A DNA stretch of 64,000 nt from contig JAGIQG010000022.1 in the NCBI GenBank assembly GCA_024679065.1, forward strand, positions 30,070,001-30,134,000, given 5' to 3'. The DNA comes from Sphyrna mokarran (Eukaryota). A program made the translations under genes and the position numbers. Below the pieces are notes generated by a model. It did no database searches. It was not told where the DNA came from and was given only the letters and a program-made list of their open reading frames with translations. Every line of letters begins with the position of its first letter. Positions within the stretch are counted from its first letter, which is position 1. Below, one piece after another: positions 36,776-49,950 of this stretch.

Positions 36776-37095
36776 ATAGATAGGATCCCTACTGTGCAGA
36801 AGGAGACCATTCAGCCCATCGAGTCTCCAGCGATCACAATCCCACCCAGGCCCTATTTCCATAAACCCACATATTTACCTTTCTAATCTCCCTGACTCTA
36901 AGGGTCAATTTAGCATGGCCAATCAACCTAATCTGCATATCTCTGGATTGTGGGGGGAAAACTGGAGCACCTGGACGAAACCTACACAGACACGGGGAAT
37001 GGGTGCAAACTCATCACAGTCACCCAAGGCAGAATTGAACCCAGGTCACTGGCACTGTAAGGCAGCAATGCTAAACATTGCGTCACCATGCCACC
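36776..37095 (-). mobile_element. HE1-type V-SINE
   Basis: Full reverse copy with the standard tail. Confidence 0.9.
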
Positions 37096-37145
37096 AATTG
37101 CAAAAGTAAAAACAATCAATTAATTATGTGCCCCATTCATTATCA

Positions 37146-37600
37146 GGGCAGCATGGTGGTGCAGTGTTTAGCACTGCTGCCTCACAGTGCCAGGGACCCG
37201 GGTTCAATTCCTAGCTTGAGTTGCTATCTGTGTGGGGTCTGCAAGTTCTTCCTGTGTCTGCATGGGTTTTCTCCAGATGCTCTGGTTTCCTCTCATGGTC
37301 TGAAACACGTGTGGTTGGGTGCATTGGCCATGGTAAATTCTCCCTCGGTGTATCTAAACAAGCGTCAAAGTGCGGTGACTCGAGAATTTGTGGTGTCTGT
37401 GTGGGTTTCAAGTTTCAAGACTTGAGTATCTGTGCGGATTTCTCCCATAGTCTGATAGATGTGCTGGTTAGGTATAATGACCACGGTAAAGTCTCCCTCG
37501 GTGTACCTGAATAGGTGACAGAGTGTGGAGACTAGGGGTTTTCACAGTAACTTCATTGCAATATTAATGTAAGCCTACTTGTAATGCTAATAAATAAACT
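37146..37600 (+). mobile_element. HE1-headed V-SINE with alternative tail and internal duplication
   Basis: Segment ...ggtaaa(t/g)tctccctcggtgta occurs at about 37332 and 37485. Ends ctaggggttttcacagtaacttcattgc...taataaataaact. Confidence 0.88.
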
Positions 37601-37898
37601 AACAGTAAAAAAAAGCTTTGTTTAGCAGTGTTTACGTGGAGAATGTAAATGGGCAATTTTTTTAATTAGTTAAATTATTAAAGGTGAGCTCCTTCATAAA
37701 GTTATGTTTGAAAACCTTTGACACCTGCAGAATGAGCACGTGTAACTGATATATTGTAAATATGGTGATTATCAGTCTTTAGCTGCAGGGATATTTTAGA
37801 ATTTGTGTCTTAACCAGAAGGTCACAAGTTCAAGCTTCAGACCTATCTATCATTCATACTTAGCTGTCTCAATTCATTTAGTCCCATCTTTTCGAAAC

Positions 37899-37947
37899 CA
37901 GTCCATTAGCAGGCTTTTTTATCATGGGAAATAGAGGGGAAATATTC
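37899..37947 (+). repeat. 49-bp direct repeat, copy 1
   Basis: cagtccattagcaggcttttttatcatgggaaatagaggggaaatattc; one mismatch to 39853-39901. Confidence 0.95.
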
Positions 37948-38827
37948 TGTTATCTTGGTATTTCCAATGACTCCTGCCTAATTGAAATACTATGCGGCAC
38001 TTGTGAACGCAAAAAGAGACACAAGTAGTCAATTTCTGATCATAAGCGATGTTGCACAAAGAAATCATTACAGATATGCTTTCCTGTACCTTCCAGTAAA
38101 ATGGAAACTGTTATTATCTGATGATCAGCATTCAACTCTGTCTCAGTTGATCGCAGGTTGTTCAGTTACAAAATGGTAGAAGATTGTGGGCCATCTAGAG
38201 GAGGATGTGAGGTTACAAGGAAATAGTATTGTACTTTAACATTCAAGATGCTATTGTATTTTCACCATCTACGGAGTCAACATGTTCAAAACTGTTTTAG
38301 ATAATGTCCTAGGTTAGGTGGTAAACAGAATGTAATATTTCTTCAAAATGTTCAGCTGGCCACTCTGGTAAGTTACGCTATGTTGTGTAATGATACAAGC
38401 ATCCTGATGGAATTTTTTTACATGTATTCTGTTTGCAGAAAAATGTTCATGTTTGGTTAATTGTAATAATTGCTAAATCCAAGCAAAATTCATAGTAACT
38501 ATAGCTGTATGTTCTCATTAAGAGGAATGCCTCTTTCATATTTGAATGCCAGGCAAAATAAATATTGTTAACCTAGTACGACCACTTCTCAGATTCTGGG
38601 GATCCTTTTAAAAGAGATTTGTAGTAATATTAAATCTGTGAAGACATATGAAGTGAAATATCAAACAAGGTTTGGCTATACAATATGGAAGGAAACATCA
38701 ATGGAAGTGAATTTAAATAGTGGTGATTGTGGTTTGGATACAAATCCATCAGGGCACCCATCAAGGCATGTACAGTCCCACAGCACATAAAGAGATCAGT
38801 TGACAGTCAACAGCTTTTATTAGAATA

Positions 38828-39135
38828 GGGTGGCACAGTGGTTAGCACTGCTGCCTCATAGCACCAGGGACCCAGGTTCAATTCCGGCCTTGGGTCACTC
38901 TCTCTATGGAGTTTGCACATTCTCCCCGTGTCTGTTTCTTCCAGGTGCTCCTGTTTCCTACCAGAGTGACAAAGTGTTTAGATTAGATTGATTTGCCGTG
39001 CTGAATTGCCTGCCTCTTAGCGTCAGGGGGAGGAGCAGCGTAAATTCTTGGGTTTATGGGGATAGGGGTGTGATTGTTGTCAATGTAGCCTTGATGTGCT
39101 GGATGGCCTCCCTCTGCACTGTCAGGATTCTATGA
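38828..39135 (+). mobile_element. HE1-type V-SINE
   Basis: Head ggtggcacagtggttagcactgctgcctca, B-box ggttcaattcc, tail ggattctatga. Confidence 0.92.
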
Positions 39136-39852
39136 ATTACCTAGTTTAATCTCATTCTTCTGCTTGCTTCCCACTCTGTTAGATATTAGTTTATCAAACA
39201 ATTGTTTCATTCCCTTTTAAAAGAATTTATGAGCTTTGTTTGAGCAACAGTGCTCCTTTGTGTGGTATGGCATGTAATGTTTTTATTTTGTTTTCATTAT
39301 TTGATATATTGCTTCAATAAATGCACTAGAATCTGCCATTATGTGGGGACATAGTATGCGTCTGAAACAGAGCTCCAAATGCTGGACTATCTGAGCAACT
39401 CCACAGGGACTTGCATTCCATCAGCTTATTAGGCAGCAGTTGTCAAAACTAAGCTGGTGTTAGATGGCAGCTACTGTTGAACTGTATCAGAGAAGGGAGG
39501 GTGATGCACAGGCAACTCAGCGGAGTTTTACAAGAGGGGTGCTTTACTAAGGTTAGCCATAGAGGAGCTCTGCATTTTTGGGTGGCTGCGCATTAGTTGG
39601 GAGAGTCTGAGTCTGCTTTCTTCTGGCACTAAAACATTTAAAAACATGTTTAGAAAATGCTCTGTGTTAAATGATGTTGTACCAAGGCTTCTCCTCAATA
39701 ACTACTCCACAATGAGGCGTCAGGGACCACACATCTTTATTCAGTCTACTTGCTCCACAATCCAAAAGTTGATTGCCTACTCTGACCAGATCCCAACAGC
39801 TCACCCCACATCTGAGGTCACATGACCCAACAAACATAACAGACTGGCAATG

Positions 39853-39901
39853 CAGTCCATTAGCAGGCTTTTTTATCATGGGAAATGGAGGGGAAATATT
39901 C
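39853..39901 (+). repeat. 49-bp direct repeat, copy 2
   Basis: cagtccattagcaggcttttttatcatgggaaatggaggggaaatattc. Confidence 0.95.
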
Positions 39902-40020
39902 CTTGTTTTGAATTAGGCGGGAGTTAAATAAAAACTGCACCTGATGTGAATTTAAAGATGACCATAAAGTGTCTGATATCTTTCAACTTTAGATTACAGG
40001 TAAAACCTTGAAATAGGAAT

Positions 40021-40357
40021 GGCACGGTGGCACAGTGGTTAGCATTACTGCTTCACAGCTCCGAGAATCCAGATTCAATTCTGGCTCTGGGTGACTGTGT
40101 GGTGTTTGCATGCATTCCCCAGGTCTGCATAGATCTCTCTGCATGTTCCACTTCTCTCCCATAGTCCAAAGATGTGCAGGTTAGATGGATTGGCCACGCT
40201 AAATTGCCCCTTAGTATGCTAAGATGTGTAGGTTAGATGGGATCAACCATGTTAAGTATGTGGGGTTATGGAGATAAGGTGGGGAAGAGGGCCTGGGTAA
40301 GATTCTCTGCTACAGAATTGGTGCAGACTTGATGGGCCAAATGGCCTCTTCTGTACT
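40021..40357 (+). mobile_element. HE1-type V-SINE
   Basis: ggcacggtggcacagtggttagc...gtccaaagatgtgcaggttag...ggtgcagacttgatgggccaaatggcc. Confidence 0.9.
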
Positions 40358-41264
40358 TCTCTTCTGTGAACATCATCATTCTTGTCATGCACAACTTGCA
40401 ATACTTCACTTTGTCATGAAAATTGAGGTGTAATTTTAGTTTTGGGAAGGAATGTAACCCAATTTAGTTTGATGGAAAGGAGCAAACAAAAACATGCAAA
40501 GGCAGGCTCAGGACATGAGTCAGCGACCAAGAGGACATGACACAGTATTGGCCTGCAATCAGTTGGGAAGGGCTAAGTTACAACCGGGGCTGACTTTGCT
40601 TCAGTGAAAACCAGCCTTGCATTTCACACCTCCATCATCATTGCCAAGGGAACTAAAGGTTGTTCAGCCGAGTTCCTCTGAGGCATTCTTCATACATTAA
40701 CAACCTCTCGTCAATGATTATATTTGGTGCAATAACAAGATTTAATTTAGATTCAACTTCATCACCAGTAATTAAACTGAGTGATAGACAAACTTAACAA
40801 ACTGGTCGTTTTTACACGAAGCCGTTTCTGGAAATCCTGAACCAAGCATGTTTTCTGGCAAGTAAGGAATGGATTTATCAGGATTATGCTCAATTCCTGA
40901 ATATGATATGTAATGTAACAGATGGCCCTTTGGTAGGCACACTGAGATTTTGCTTTTATCTAAAGCTGCAAATAATACATTGATTCTAAAAGAGTAAACT
41001 CAACTTTGAGTTAGTAGGTTGAAAATATATGGCTAAGTCCGGTAGATCATTCATTTTCCATAATGCAGACTGGTCTAGGATGGGAAGTCAGTATTTGATT
41101 TCGACATCTATGTTGAAACCCAGGCTAAACTTATTTAACATTCGTCAATGAGTTTCTAGTGCTTTTCCATTAGGCTGCAAGACGGAATGCCTTTTGGAAA
41201 ATGAAGAATCTTTGGGATTAGGTTGAATACACTTCTAGTGGAGTTCAACCTGTCTTGTATACCT

Positions 41265-41840
41265 CATAGATAAAGAAGTATTGTTGCAACTATACAAGGC
41301 ATTGGCGAGACTGGAACCAGGAGTATTGTGCAGGTTTTGGTTGTCTCATTTGAAGAATGATGAAGTGGCATTGGAGATAGCTCAGAGGTTCACTGGATTG
41401 ATTCCAGAGATGAAGAGTTTATCATATAAAGAGAGATTGAACAGTTTAGGCCTATTACTAGCTGGAATTTAGAAAAATGAGGGGGAATCAAATTGAGGTA
41501 TACAAGATGATAAAAGAAATGGATAAAATAGATGCAGAGCAGATGCTTTTTCTTTTGGGCCATTCTAGGATGAGACGTCATAATCTTAGGAGAAGAGATA
41601 GCAAATTTAAAGCAGAATTGAGGAGAAACTACTTCTTGTAAAGGGTTATGAATCTATGGAATTCGCTACCCCCAAAGTGTGGTGGATGCTGAGACAGTGA
41701 ATAAATTTAAGGAGGAGATAGACAGATTTTTAATGGGTATTGGTTGAAGGGTAATGGAGAGAAGACAGAAAAAAGGGAATGAGAAACATATCAGTTATGA
41801 TTGAATGGCTCAATTCTGCTCCTATATCTTATGAACTTAT
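41265..41840 (+). mobile_element. CR1 LINE 3' end
   Basis: LQLYKALARL...FWLSHLKNDEVALE..QRFTGLIPEMKSLSYKERLNSLGL, with terminal ctcctatatcttatgaacttatg. Confidence 0.88.
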
Positions 41841-41889
41841 GTCAATGGGGAAAGGAACAGCATGATATATGGTTGAGGTAGAACATCCT

Positions 41890-42010
41890 GGATGGGATTT
41901 TACAGCCTTGCTAGAGTGAGACCGTCAATTCCCGCCTCAGATCAATGGGCATTTCTGTTATCCGCCTCTTGCCCACTCCGATTCCGTGGTAGATGAGGCG
42001 ATAGTATTTC
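41890..42010. mobile_element. Short MITE relic
   Basis: Starts ggatgggattttacagcc, like the other short inverted-end elements in the window; right end decayed. Confidence 0.35.
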
Positions 42011-43921
42011 AATACCAAGCTTTATAACTGCATGATTCAAACGAAACTAGAGGTTAAGAATGGAAATATATTACAGAGAAAAAAAAGCACACACAAAAGA
42101 GTTTTGTCTAGTATCACTCATTGTATGGCACATTTTTGTGTTTATAGCATAGAAACATAGGAATAGGCCATTTGGCCCCTCAAATCTATTCTACGTCACC
42201 AGCTTGCAGGTTACAGTATCACACAATATTGATGTCTTTTACTTCAGTTGCCTGTACCCAATTAATGTCTTGTTTGCGAAAGTTGGATGGACATAACTTT
42301 CTGGCAACTTGGAAAGATATTCCAAATGTGAATGAAGCTTAATTCCAAACTTGATACCACCTTAATGTAGATGCAATCCCAAATAAGTTTCACAGCAATT
42401 GCAAAGAGGAATATCAAAGGACAAGGTGTGTTCTATTAGTGCCTGCAACTGGCCAGTGGAATCTGGCTTTTAACAGAACTTAAGCTATAACTAAGAAATC
42501 CCAGTTATTAGATCATACCAACCAAGTTGAGGTACAGATAGGCCCTGCCTTTCCTTAACTAACAAGCATAAGGGACTTGCCTGCATTTCCAGTTGACATG
42601 AAAGAACTTGGAACTCTTCACCACTGTGAGATGTTAGCCTGCACCTTTGTTTTCAAGTTAGGTTAGGGAGTGGGGAAATTTTACAGCTCCCCATATCTGC
42701 TTAGGAAAAGATGGCTCGAAAACAGGGATCTTCATCAAGGGTAGGTGGGCCTACTGCCCTAGATGCAGACTAAACAAAGTCACAGACTGACGAGTGCTAG
42801 CTCAGGCTGTTTGAAAGGCCCACCTCGGTTCACTGGGGCTTGGTCCCAGATCCTTCCTTAAACATTTGGCCTTTTAGCCACAATACCCTCACTCCTCCAT
42901 CCATACACATTTCCTTTTGCAGACCTTATGCCAGCTTAATGCCAACTCATACCGCTTTTCCCTTACATCCTCCGTGCGAACTCAGCCAGTAAGCACTATA
43001 GGAAGACCTCTGAGACAATACCGATTAAATACAGTAAAGTTCTAAATAGCAGAATTCAATGTAAAAAGCACACACGTTCATGAAAACCCATTTAAAATAT
43101 TGAATTCCCCTTGTGTACTTAATCCTTCTCAAAACACAGAGTCTTGTTATCATTACCCCCACATCAAAGATAGATCATTCTTCAATAACATCTTTGCACT
43201 GTTAATGAAACTATGAGTTAACAACCACCTCCCCTTCATTGTGATATTTCTAGGTTTTGGACAGAATCCAAGTTTTAATAATGCTATAATAGTGGTTAGA
43301 GTTCTGTCAAGAAACAGCTATTGAAATTGCTGGAACAGATCTTTTTCCCCCAAAACTTGGAGACACAGACTGGCAGTTCCTTTTAGTCAATTTTTAAAGA
43401 GCTAGCCATTTAAACAACTTGATAGCTTGACAATTCTCCGTATCTTATCTACTGTACAGGCGTATTTATGATTACTCTCAAGATTCAGAATTCCTACACC
43501 CTTGCTGCAGAGACTCTGAGTTTAGTATAACCTGCACTGCACGCATCACAAAGAAAGTTAGCAACAGTGGTGGTTTGAGAACTTGCAAAACTAGATTTAT
43601 CGTTAAGAACAATACATGGTGTGATGAATTTTCTTGGAGGGAGTTGCTGCTCTGGAACACTTACATTTTTTGCATCTGATTTGGTGCACTTACTGGAATG
43701 TTGAAGCCTCCTGTACGTTGGGAATGATTCTCTGAATAATTCTTTCCTAGTTACATATACTATCACTACAGCTTTATTTTCTTTGTAGGAGTTGGTGATT
43801 CTAAAAGTAGAGTCAGAAGAATGGTCAAATAAACTAGTTCATGAATGGACATATGGGCACACTGTTGTACTTCAAAAATAACCCCAGCTGCAAACATTGT
43901 TTAAGAAATGAGTAAATGAAA

Positions 43922-44225
43922 GGATGACACAGTGGTTAGCACTGCTGTCTCACAGCGCCAGGGATCCAGGTTCACTTCCGGCCTTGGGTGACTGTTTGCG
44001 TGGAGTTTGCACGTTCTATCCGTATCTGCGTGGGTTTCCTCCAGGTTCCTCCCACACTGCAAAGGTAAGTGGTTTGCGTTGATTGGTCATGCTAAATTGT
44101 CCCTTAGTGCCAGGGAGATTAGTATGGTAAATACACGGAGTTATGGATGTAGGGCCTTGGTGGGATTGTTGTCTGTTCAGGCTTGACGGCCTCCTTCTGC
44201 ACTGTAGGGATTCTATGAATCTATG
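43922..44225 (+). mobile_element. HE1-type V-SINE
   Basis: cacagtggttagcactgctgtctcacagcgccaggg head, V-domain, tail ggattctatgaatctatg. Confidence 0.92.
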
Positions 44226-45246
44226 GGAAGTATTTATAAGGTTGATTTTATTTGTTATGTCTAACGTTTTAGAGGGCTGTTAAAAATGCATACAACTGAG
44301 ATGCTCAAAAATAATGACTCATTTTAAATTCTGGCATCTTAAGTGTGCACATAACAAACAATGAAAGATGTTTGATTCCAGTTCCGCACTCCAGCTAGAT
44401 GGACGTCAAAGGCACTAGTTTCACCCTTAAAATCATAAGGCCAGTTGGCATTGATGCCTTCCAATGTTGCTGGGAAAAGAGATGAGTTTGACAGTCGACA
44501 TGCATGTATTCAGTGTCACCAATTATTCAGTGATAATTCGCATCTCTATTTTTCTTTTCCATTTTATTTGAAGAATGTTTCCACTGAGCAAGGATAACGT
44601 GCCCTTTCACGGAGCAATTTCAGTCTATTGGCTGGCTGTTTCCAATGAACTCCCAGTGAAATCTTTAGCTTGGTTCCAGGGAGCTGACCTTTTAACAGCT
44701 TGTAGAACAAAATGATTAGCCTGTAGCTTAGCACAGCGTGGTCTAGTCACATCTGTTTGAAATGACAAAGAGAACACTTGACAGCCATTTAGCTGAAAGC
44801 GTTGCAGGTTCCCGAGTTGGTCTGAGAGCAATTTTATTGATGATGGATTTGAGCAATGTAAATGGATGGATGAAAGAAGAAAGAGGCAGCAGGTGAGACG
44901 TGCTCTTAACTGTGTCAACTGGTAGTCTGGAAATGGAAGTCACGGCTGTCAATGGTTTATGTAGATTGCAATGTCAAATCAAATAGTAAGCACCAAAAAA
45001 TAACTGATAGATTTGCACTTCTATTTCACTTGATATCCAAAATGTGAACACTGCCATCAGTCCTTGTAGAACTCCAGTTAACTGTTTGGAATATTTACAT
45101 TTTGAATATATAGTTGGCCGCTCACATATGTTAGCATGTAATCTTCAGTGCAAGGTGTTCGCTGTTTTAGATGTTATTCTAATGCAAACATCATTTATTT
45201 ATACATCTTCACAATCTTTGTTGGTGCGAAAGAAGTTTCATACAGA

Positions 45247-45527
45247 CTCAGCGCCAGGCTCCCGGATTCAATTCTAGTCTTCTCTGTGGATTTGGTACAT
45301 TCTCCCCATGTCTGCATGGGTTTCCTCCAGATGCTCCAGTTTCCTTCCACAGTTTGAAGATGTATAGGTTTGGTTGATTGGCCATGCTAAATTGCCCCTT
45401 AGTGTAAGGGGAATTAACATGTAAATACATGGGATTATGGGGATAGGGTCTGAGTGGGATTGTTGTCAGTGAGTGCTTGATGGGCTGAATGGCCTCCTTC
45501 TGCACTGTAGGGATTCTGTGATTCTAT
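45247..45527 (+). mobile_element. HE1-type V-SINE, A-box missing
   Basis: cagcgccagg...gattcaattc, V-domain, standard tail. Confidence 0.9.
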
Positions 45528-46304
45528 TCTCTCTTGGATATGACATAAGTATTCTGTATTCAGGCTGGATTGGTCAAAATCTCATGACTTCCCCAAACAT
45601 GGGGAACGAAATGGCTTTGTAGTCTCCAGAGAAACTATTAGTAATACATGACAGAGTAGCGAAGGTGGGGAAGGCTTCACATATGGGTAATGTATACTCA
45701 CAGTTTACCCATTTATTTCACATTAGATCTAGATAGGTATTCCAAAAGAAATAGCAGTTAAATGATACTATGACTATTGGGTGTTTGTGGAAAGTTATGT
45801 AATGAATAGCACAGAGTAGAGATTACACATATACATAGAAGAAACTAAAACTTAGCAGTTCTTCCAAGGTGTAAATGTTTAAGAATTGGATGTCAAAATA
45901 TACTTAGTTGCTGTTTCTATCGAAATTGTGACATGTTGTACAAGTCTTCATGACAAGAGACTAGCAAGTGCATATTTTTATTGAAACACTCGGGACAGAA
46001 ATGGTCAAATTTCAGAGACAAGTAAGTTGTGCCAACTAAGATATATGATTTAGCAAACATTTTTAACCCAGTTTTCTGTGTTAGCACTTGATATGGAACA
46101 AGAATGGGAAAAAATGAAACTTGTGTACTCTTTTCCTTATTGCCCATAAACAATATGCTTTGGAAAAGGAGCTGTGTCTACTCCTGAGCCCCCAGAGTGT
46201 GTGCAGCTAAGTTAAATACAGCAAATCTTTGGGTGTTTAAATAAAAGATTACTTTTAGTTGCATTCATCCCAAAAGCCTAAATGCCGTGTCACTCATGCA
46301 CACA

Positions 46305-46352
46305 TGATGTGGAGACCCTGGCATTGGACTGGTGTAAACACAGTAAGAAGTC
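46305..46352 (-). mobile_element. Penelope family A terminal fragment
   Basis: gatgtggagaccctggcattggactggtgtaaacacagtaagaagtc; same start as cgatgtggagatgcc at 62028, and its reverse complement cttcttactgtg matches the end of the 17150 copy. Confidence 0.5.
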
Positions 46353-48759
46353 ATGGTTAAGAAATAAGAAATTTAAGGGTGGTAGGTGGGCTCACTGCCC
46401 CTTTCCCAAGTAACTGTGGGGCAGGAAGGCCAGTGAATAGGGGACGATGGAGTGAGTGGTGGGTTTCCCTCATTCAAAAGTACTCTGTGCCTGATTGAGA
46501 GACCAGACCTCAGGAAGAATGCTCATGCAAACATACATACACGTGAGAAAGATAGAGTCAAGAGAAGAGTAAACTGTTAGAATTTGTAAACAAAAGAATA
46601 TTCCATAGTTGGCTTGTTATCAGAAAACAGTTGTTGTGGATTCCTTGAAGATGTTGTTCCATTCCTGAAGGCTTAGCCAATGTAGATTCAGGTAGTTGGA
46701 GAGAATCTGAGTTGTTGCAAGATTCCCCTCAAAGAGATGGAACGTTTAGGAGGTCACAGAGTTAGGCACTTATAGGTTAATTATCAGGAGGTCATGATTT
46801 AAACAGATGGACTTTTAAGAATCGGGCTCAATCTGCAGTGGATGTTCTTTGATGACTGTTTTTCTCTGTTTTTTGGTACAATAAGGATTTGGATATTGGA
46901 AGCTGGTTTTGGTCATATGACTGCTAATTCTACCATCCACCGTGAATGATTTAAGATGGTGGTTATTGCTGTCCATTGGAAAATGGGTGAAAAGGGTGTT
47001 TGCATCGATAATGTGGCTTTGACAGCTTTCTTTGTTGAATTTCCAAACTTAGAATCATGAACTCAGGAAGTCCATTGATTTCTGAGTTTCTGGCAAACTC
47101 CAGACAGGCAGGTGTAAATTCCACAGCTGGATTCCATCTGGGTCATCATCCAGGTTGATTCAATTAGGAAATTTCTGGAGCTTTGATGTTATCGGTTGAA
47201 CTTGAAAAGATTGTCTGACACTTGATGCCATCTTAAAGGTCTTGTTAATATCCATTTTCAAGTAAAAGACAGCTCAGAAAATCGTATTCCAAGTGCAGTC
47301 CACATTTAAAGTTTTAATTTGGACACGCTTTCACTGGACATGAATTCTTAACAGCTTGAAGAACCAATACAACAGTTGACGAATCCGTGGAGGAAATGAA
47401 AGCCGAGTGAATAGAGAGGTTATAGAAGCAATTGGCAAACAAATGATTAACTAAAGAGTACCTAGTTCACAGATATTGGGTGGAGCTTTATGCCTTCCTC
47501 TGTGGTGGGGGAAGTTTAAAGGTGATAGGTGGACTCACTGCCACTTTCTCACCGCCACCCTAAGTAACTCTGCAGCAGGAAAGCCAGTGGATGGGGGTGA
47601 GTGGGGTGGGTATTCCTCTTGCAAAGAGCCATCCCCTGCGCTTACTGATGACTCCTCCCTCTCCCGATCTGCCCCCAGCTCTCAAATTCTCACTTCTGGG
47701 GTCCAGTGATTATATCAGGCCTTGGGTGGGTGCAGCAGCCACTGCCTTTCCAGCACTGCTTCCTTCCATTCAGTAGAGCTACTAGCTTCTGATGGACTGG
47801 CAGGTGTTGGGGGATGAGACCTGCGCACCCTCCCATCACCCTCTGCCATTAAGTGCCTGGGTGGAACAGGACATAGTGTGCAAGATCTACCCCATGGTGT
47901 TTACAGGCTGATATTTTGGGGATACAACTAAGCCTCCTTGCAAGTTAATTGGTGAATGGTGATCATAGAAATATCCACAGTCAGAAGCTTCACAATATTT
48001 GATTTGGTAAATAATCAGCAGGTTGTCGGGATGAAGTTCTCGTTCTCCCTTTCTCGTCGACAGTGTTATCTTCCACTTTGTGCTTGTAGTTTCTGTTCCT
48101 GCGCTTTAATGCATGTAGCTTCTTATGTCCTGGCTCTTTCTTCCCCTCTGTCAATATCATTTCTCTCTCTGTCCTGCTTTTTTCGCATTCCTTTTATCAC
48201 CTATACTTCCTTGTTTCTATCCTTCTGTCACATCTGTGTGCAAGAACCATTTGGCCATGTTTCTAACAGAATGTATGGAGTGGGGCGGGGTCGGAGCAGG
48301 CTGCTCGCCAGTGAAGCTGCTCCAGCAGGGAATGGGAGGAGTTGATCTGGGCTGGGTTGAGACTGCGTGCTGAATGGGCGTGGGCTTGGGTCAATGGCGT
48401 AGCACAAAGAGCAGGAGGGGGGCAGACCCAGTTTCCTGGAGTCATGTCAAGAGAGTGGACAGGGATCGCCCATGTGACAGACTGTGCAACAGGAGTGGGT
48501 CTGAGGTTACTGATGCAGCACAAAGGATTGGGAGGGTTGGCGGTCTCCTTTGCAGGGACTGTTGCACAAAGAAAGAATTGTGTTCTCTTATACATGTAAG
48601 ACAGCCCTAGCTGCATGAGGCTGCCTGCGAATTGTAATCTCCTACATTGGTGGTGGACTCCTGTGGATTCACATTTTGTTTGTTTACTCGAGGGCCTTCA
48701 CAACAGGCCTCGGAGCAAGAAATCTCAGATTTTTTGATGAGTATCATTTTGACGCTGGC

Positions 48760-49950
48760 AGGAGCCCATTTAAAATAAATGAGTTACTGCTGTTACAGTA
48801 TCGCTGATTGGAAAAGCTTGATTGTTGTCAGCTAGCTAGTGGAGAATGTAGGATTTGCGGGAAGGTGGGCGGGGGGGGAGAGGGGATTGTTTAGGGGAAG
48901 TGTCTAGGCTACTCAAAGGCCCACAGCTCTTGTTTTGGAAGGTGACATTGAGTTAATAGACAATTTTCAGGATTATTTTGCGAAATGCCTTCTGGATACG
49001 GTGTGTGTGTGTGTGTTTGCGCGTGTGTGGGTGTTTGCCCGCGTGTGTGTGTTTTGTGAGTTGAAGAACTGCTTGAGCGACGGCTTCCCAGGAATGCAAC
49101 TTCCTTTTGAATGCTTGTTTTAATGTTTGGAGCAGAAATTGAATTTGGGAAGAGTTTTCTTAATGGCACAGGTGACAGGCAACTAGCAGAAAAAAAGAGG
49201 AAAAATGTATGATTGGCACGGAGAAAAGTGAAATCTCCTATAGTTAGAAGAGAAAGAAGTAGGCATTTGGATGGGCATAATGGAGGTGACAAAAGTGACC
49301 GACACATGTCGCCATAATAGAATGTAGCATTTTATCTTGGAGAAAATTTAAACTTGTGTTGGGTTCAAAAGCTGGAAAGCTGTAGTTGGAGGCTGATCAC
49401 TGCATTTTCTTGATAAAGGTGATCCAGAGATTTCAGGTTCAGGCTCTTCTGTCTCTCATCTGAAGGAACATTGAAAAGTCTTGCGGGGGGAAAACAAAGC
49501 GAAAAGGAAATGCCTTCAGGAGATATGACTTTTACTGCATTCAGTTGCTTCAGTGCATTTACCATGGAGCTTTTCATCCTGGCGTGAAACACGGCTGAAA
49601 TGTTCAACCACCAGAAACTCCCCACAGAGTTCATTCTGTCAGAGCTGCGAGAAGAGAGGCTGCTGAATGTGATTGTTAAATAGCGAAAGTAGGGGTCTGA
49701 TGATGGTTCTCCACAGGGATCGGAGATGGCACAAGACTTCAAAGCCTGCAGACATCCAGATCTGGGAGGTCTTTTCTTCAGGTCAAACCCCACAGACTCT
49801 TGAGGGGTGGCGGGGGGAGCTGGTTCTGATTGTATTTCACAGAGGTTGGACAAGTAATGACTCGTTTCCCCTGCAGTCACTGCCTCTTTTCAGTGAGTCA
49901 AGCCTTAAGGCAGATTTTTAACCTGCTGCAGGGAACAGTGGAGGAAAACA
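48760..49950. promoter_or_regulatory. Candidate enhancer or alternative promoter block
   Basis: About 1.2 kb without recognisable TEs, reverse CCAAT (attgg) at about 48807 and 49212, gggcggg, a (GT)n tract at 49001-49050, STAT-like ttcccaggaa at 49085 and AP-1-like tgagtca at 49893. Confidence 0.3.

Noticed and set aside
45550-47350. Possible solo LTR or LTR-like relics (also 50640-51110)
   Set aside because: Composition is suggestive, but I could not define TG...CA ends, TSDs or a second copy in the window.
49365-49880. 171-aa minus-strand ORF
   Set aside because: GTG start, no recognisable domain or convincing splice context; likely a chance ORF in a unique regulatory-like block.
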